Assembly (NCBI GenBank): GCA_021513715.1
Contig: CP084167.1
Coordinates: 640,001-704,000, forward strand
Reading direction: 5' to 3'
Source of the DNA: Candidatus Heimdallarchaeum endolithica
GTDB taxonomy: Archaea; Asgardarchaeota; Heimdallarchaeia; Heimdallarchaeales; Heimdallarchaeaceae
Length of the DNA: 64,000 nt
Each line of letters begins with the position of its first letter. The stretch's first letter is position 1. The notes beneath the pieces were generated by a model. That model was not told where the DNA came from, ran no database searches, and was given only the letters and a program-made list of their open reading frames with translations. Below, one piece after another: positions 62,839 through 64,000 of the stretch. Both the position numbers and the translations under genes were made by a program.

Positions 62839-64000
62839 TTGAAAAAAAAGAAACTTGTAGAGCCTGAGGAAGTAAAAGAAGAAGTTTATTGGCATGCGTT
62901 GAAAAAAGAAGAAATTTTTGAACGCTTAAATACTTCTGAGAATGGTCTTAGCTCTGAAGAAGTCACAAAAAGACACGAAATATACGGTTTAAATAAGATA
63001 ATAATCAAAGAACGTTTTAAAATTCTAAAAATGATTATTGAACAATTTCAAGATTTCCTTGTACTGTTACTAGTTGTAGCTGGGACTATAAGTTTAGGTG
63101 TAGGTATTTCTTATTCTAGTCCTGGAAACATTTCTACTGAGATTTATGATGCAATAGCTATTTTTGCAATAGTATTTCTAAATGCAGGAATAGGATTTGC
63201 TCAAGACTATAAATCTAATCAAGCGTTAGAAAAGCTCAAAGAGTATTTTGAACAAGATGTTGTTACTATAAGAAATGGAAAGGAGTTTATTGTTCCTTCT
63301 TCAGACCTTGCTCCTGGGGATATTATAGTAATAGAAGCAGGAGATAAGGTTCCAGCGGATTGTAGAATATTGGAATTGAACAATTTGAAGATAGATGAAG
63401 CTCCTCTCACTGGAGAATCAAAATCTATAACCAAAAACTTGGAACTTGTTAAAAAAGATGCGAGGATACATGATAGAAAAAATATGGTCTTTATGGGAAC
63501 AACTTGTGTTTACGGAAGAGCTAAACTTGTAGTAGTTAAGATAGGAATGGAAACAGAGATGGGTGAAATCGCTAAGTTAACCCAAGTTAAAACAGAGATG
63601 ACACCTTTACAAAAATCTCTTGACAGATTTGGTAAAAGTCTAGGAGCAGTAATTCTGGCTTTATCTGCCGTTATAATGATAGTAGAAATTATTTCAGAGA
63701 TTCATTTTTACGGTTCAGAAAAAACTGTTTTTGCGATCATTTTTGAAAGCTTTGAAACAGCGATTGCACTAGCTATTTCAGCTGTTCCAGAGGGATTAGC
63801 AGCAGCGATAGTAATCACATTAGCTATAGGAGTATCACGTATGGCAAAAAAACGAACAATTGTTTCGAGATTACCTGCCGTTGAAACTTTAGGAAGTGTC
63901 AATTACATATGCTCTGATAAGACTGGAACCTTAACAAGAAATGAGATGACTGTTAAAGAGATATGGACAGCTGATGATAAAAATATTGAAGTGGAGGGAA
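62839..64000 (+). CDS. P-type IIA cation (Ca2+-type) ATPase, truncated by the window edge
   Basis: GGTGA RBS and TTG start; VPAD, LTGES, PEGL and CSDKTGTLT motifs; not in the ORF track. Confidence 0.95.
   Translation, partial: MKKKKLVEPEEVKEEVYWHALKKEEIFERLNTSENGLSSEEVTKRHEIYGLNKIIIKERFKILKMIIEQFQDFLVLLLVVAGTISLGVGISYSSPGNISTEIYDAIAIFAIVFLNAGIGFAQDYKSNQALEKLKEYFEQDVVTIRNGKEFIVPSSDLAPGDIIVIEAGDKVPADCRILELNNLKIDEAPLTGESKSITKNLELVKKDARIHDRKNMVFMGTTCVYGRAKLVVVKIGMETEMGEIAKLTQVKTEMTPLQKSLDRFGKSLGAVILALSAVIMIVEIISEIHFYGSEKTVFAIIFESFETAIALAISAVPEGLAAAIVITLAIGVSRMAKKRTIVSRLPAVETLGSVNYICSDKTGTLTRNEMTVKEIWTADDKNIEVEG

Overview
AT-rich archaeal chromosome segment, most likely an Asgard archaeon (Heimdallarchaeia-like). 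This is inferred from two tandem Rab-like small GTPases, 7TM-longin-like fusions, GGTGA-type RBSs and many repeat-rich surface proteins. Ordinary cargo includes msrA, two TA pairs (DUF2281/PIN, HEPN/MNT), ABC, MMPL and MFS transporters, a K+-independent H+-PPase, a P-type ATPase and a class V aminotransferase. Notable content: (1) a family of TIR-bounded mobile-element ends that all abut CATG (52008-52029, 58835-58852, 59140-59161, 59501-59522, plus a related 59973-60328 insert); two diverged ends carry the same covarying multi-stem RNA, and one lies directly downstream of an unannotated TnpB/Cas12f-like RuvC fragment, suggesting an RNA-guided nuclease carried on a TIR transposon; (2) one C-terminal winged-helix-like domain shared by a cytoplasmic variable-LRR protein and a single-pass beta-propeller receptor; (3) a five-gene MoxR-AAA/DUF5682/SWIM/VWA (yehLMPQ-like) operon; (4) a soluble Mbs(Mbx)/Nuo BCDI module without membrane subunits; (5) an intact IS481-family element with a 16-bp target duplication, plus many pseudogenes and chimeras. 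No rRNA, tRNA or CRISPR array was seen.
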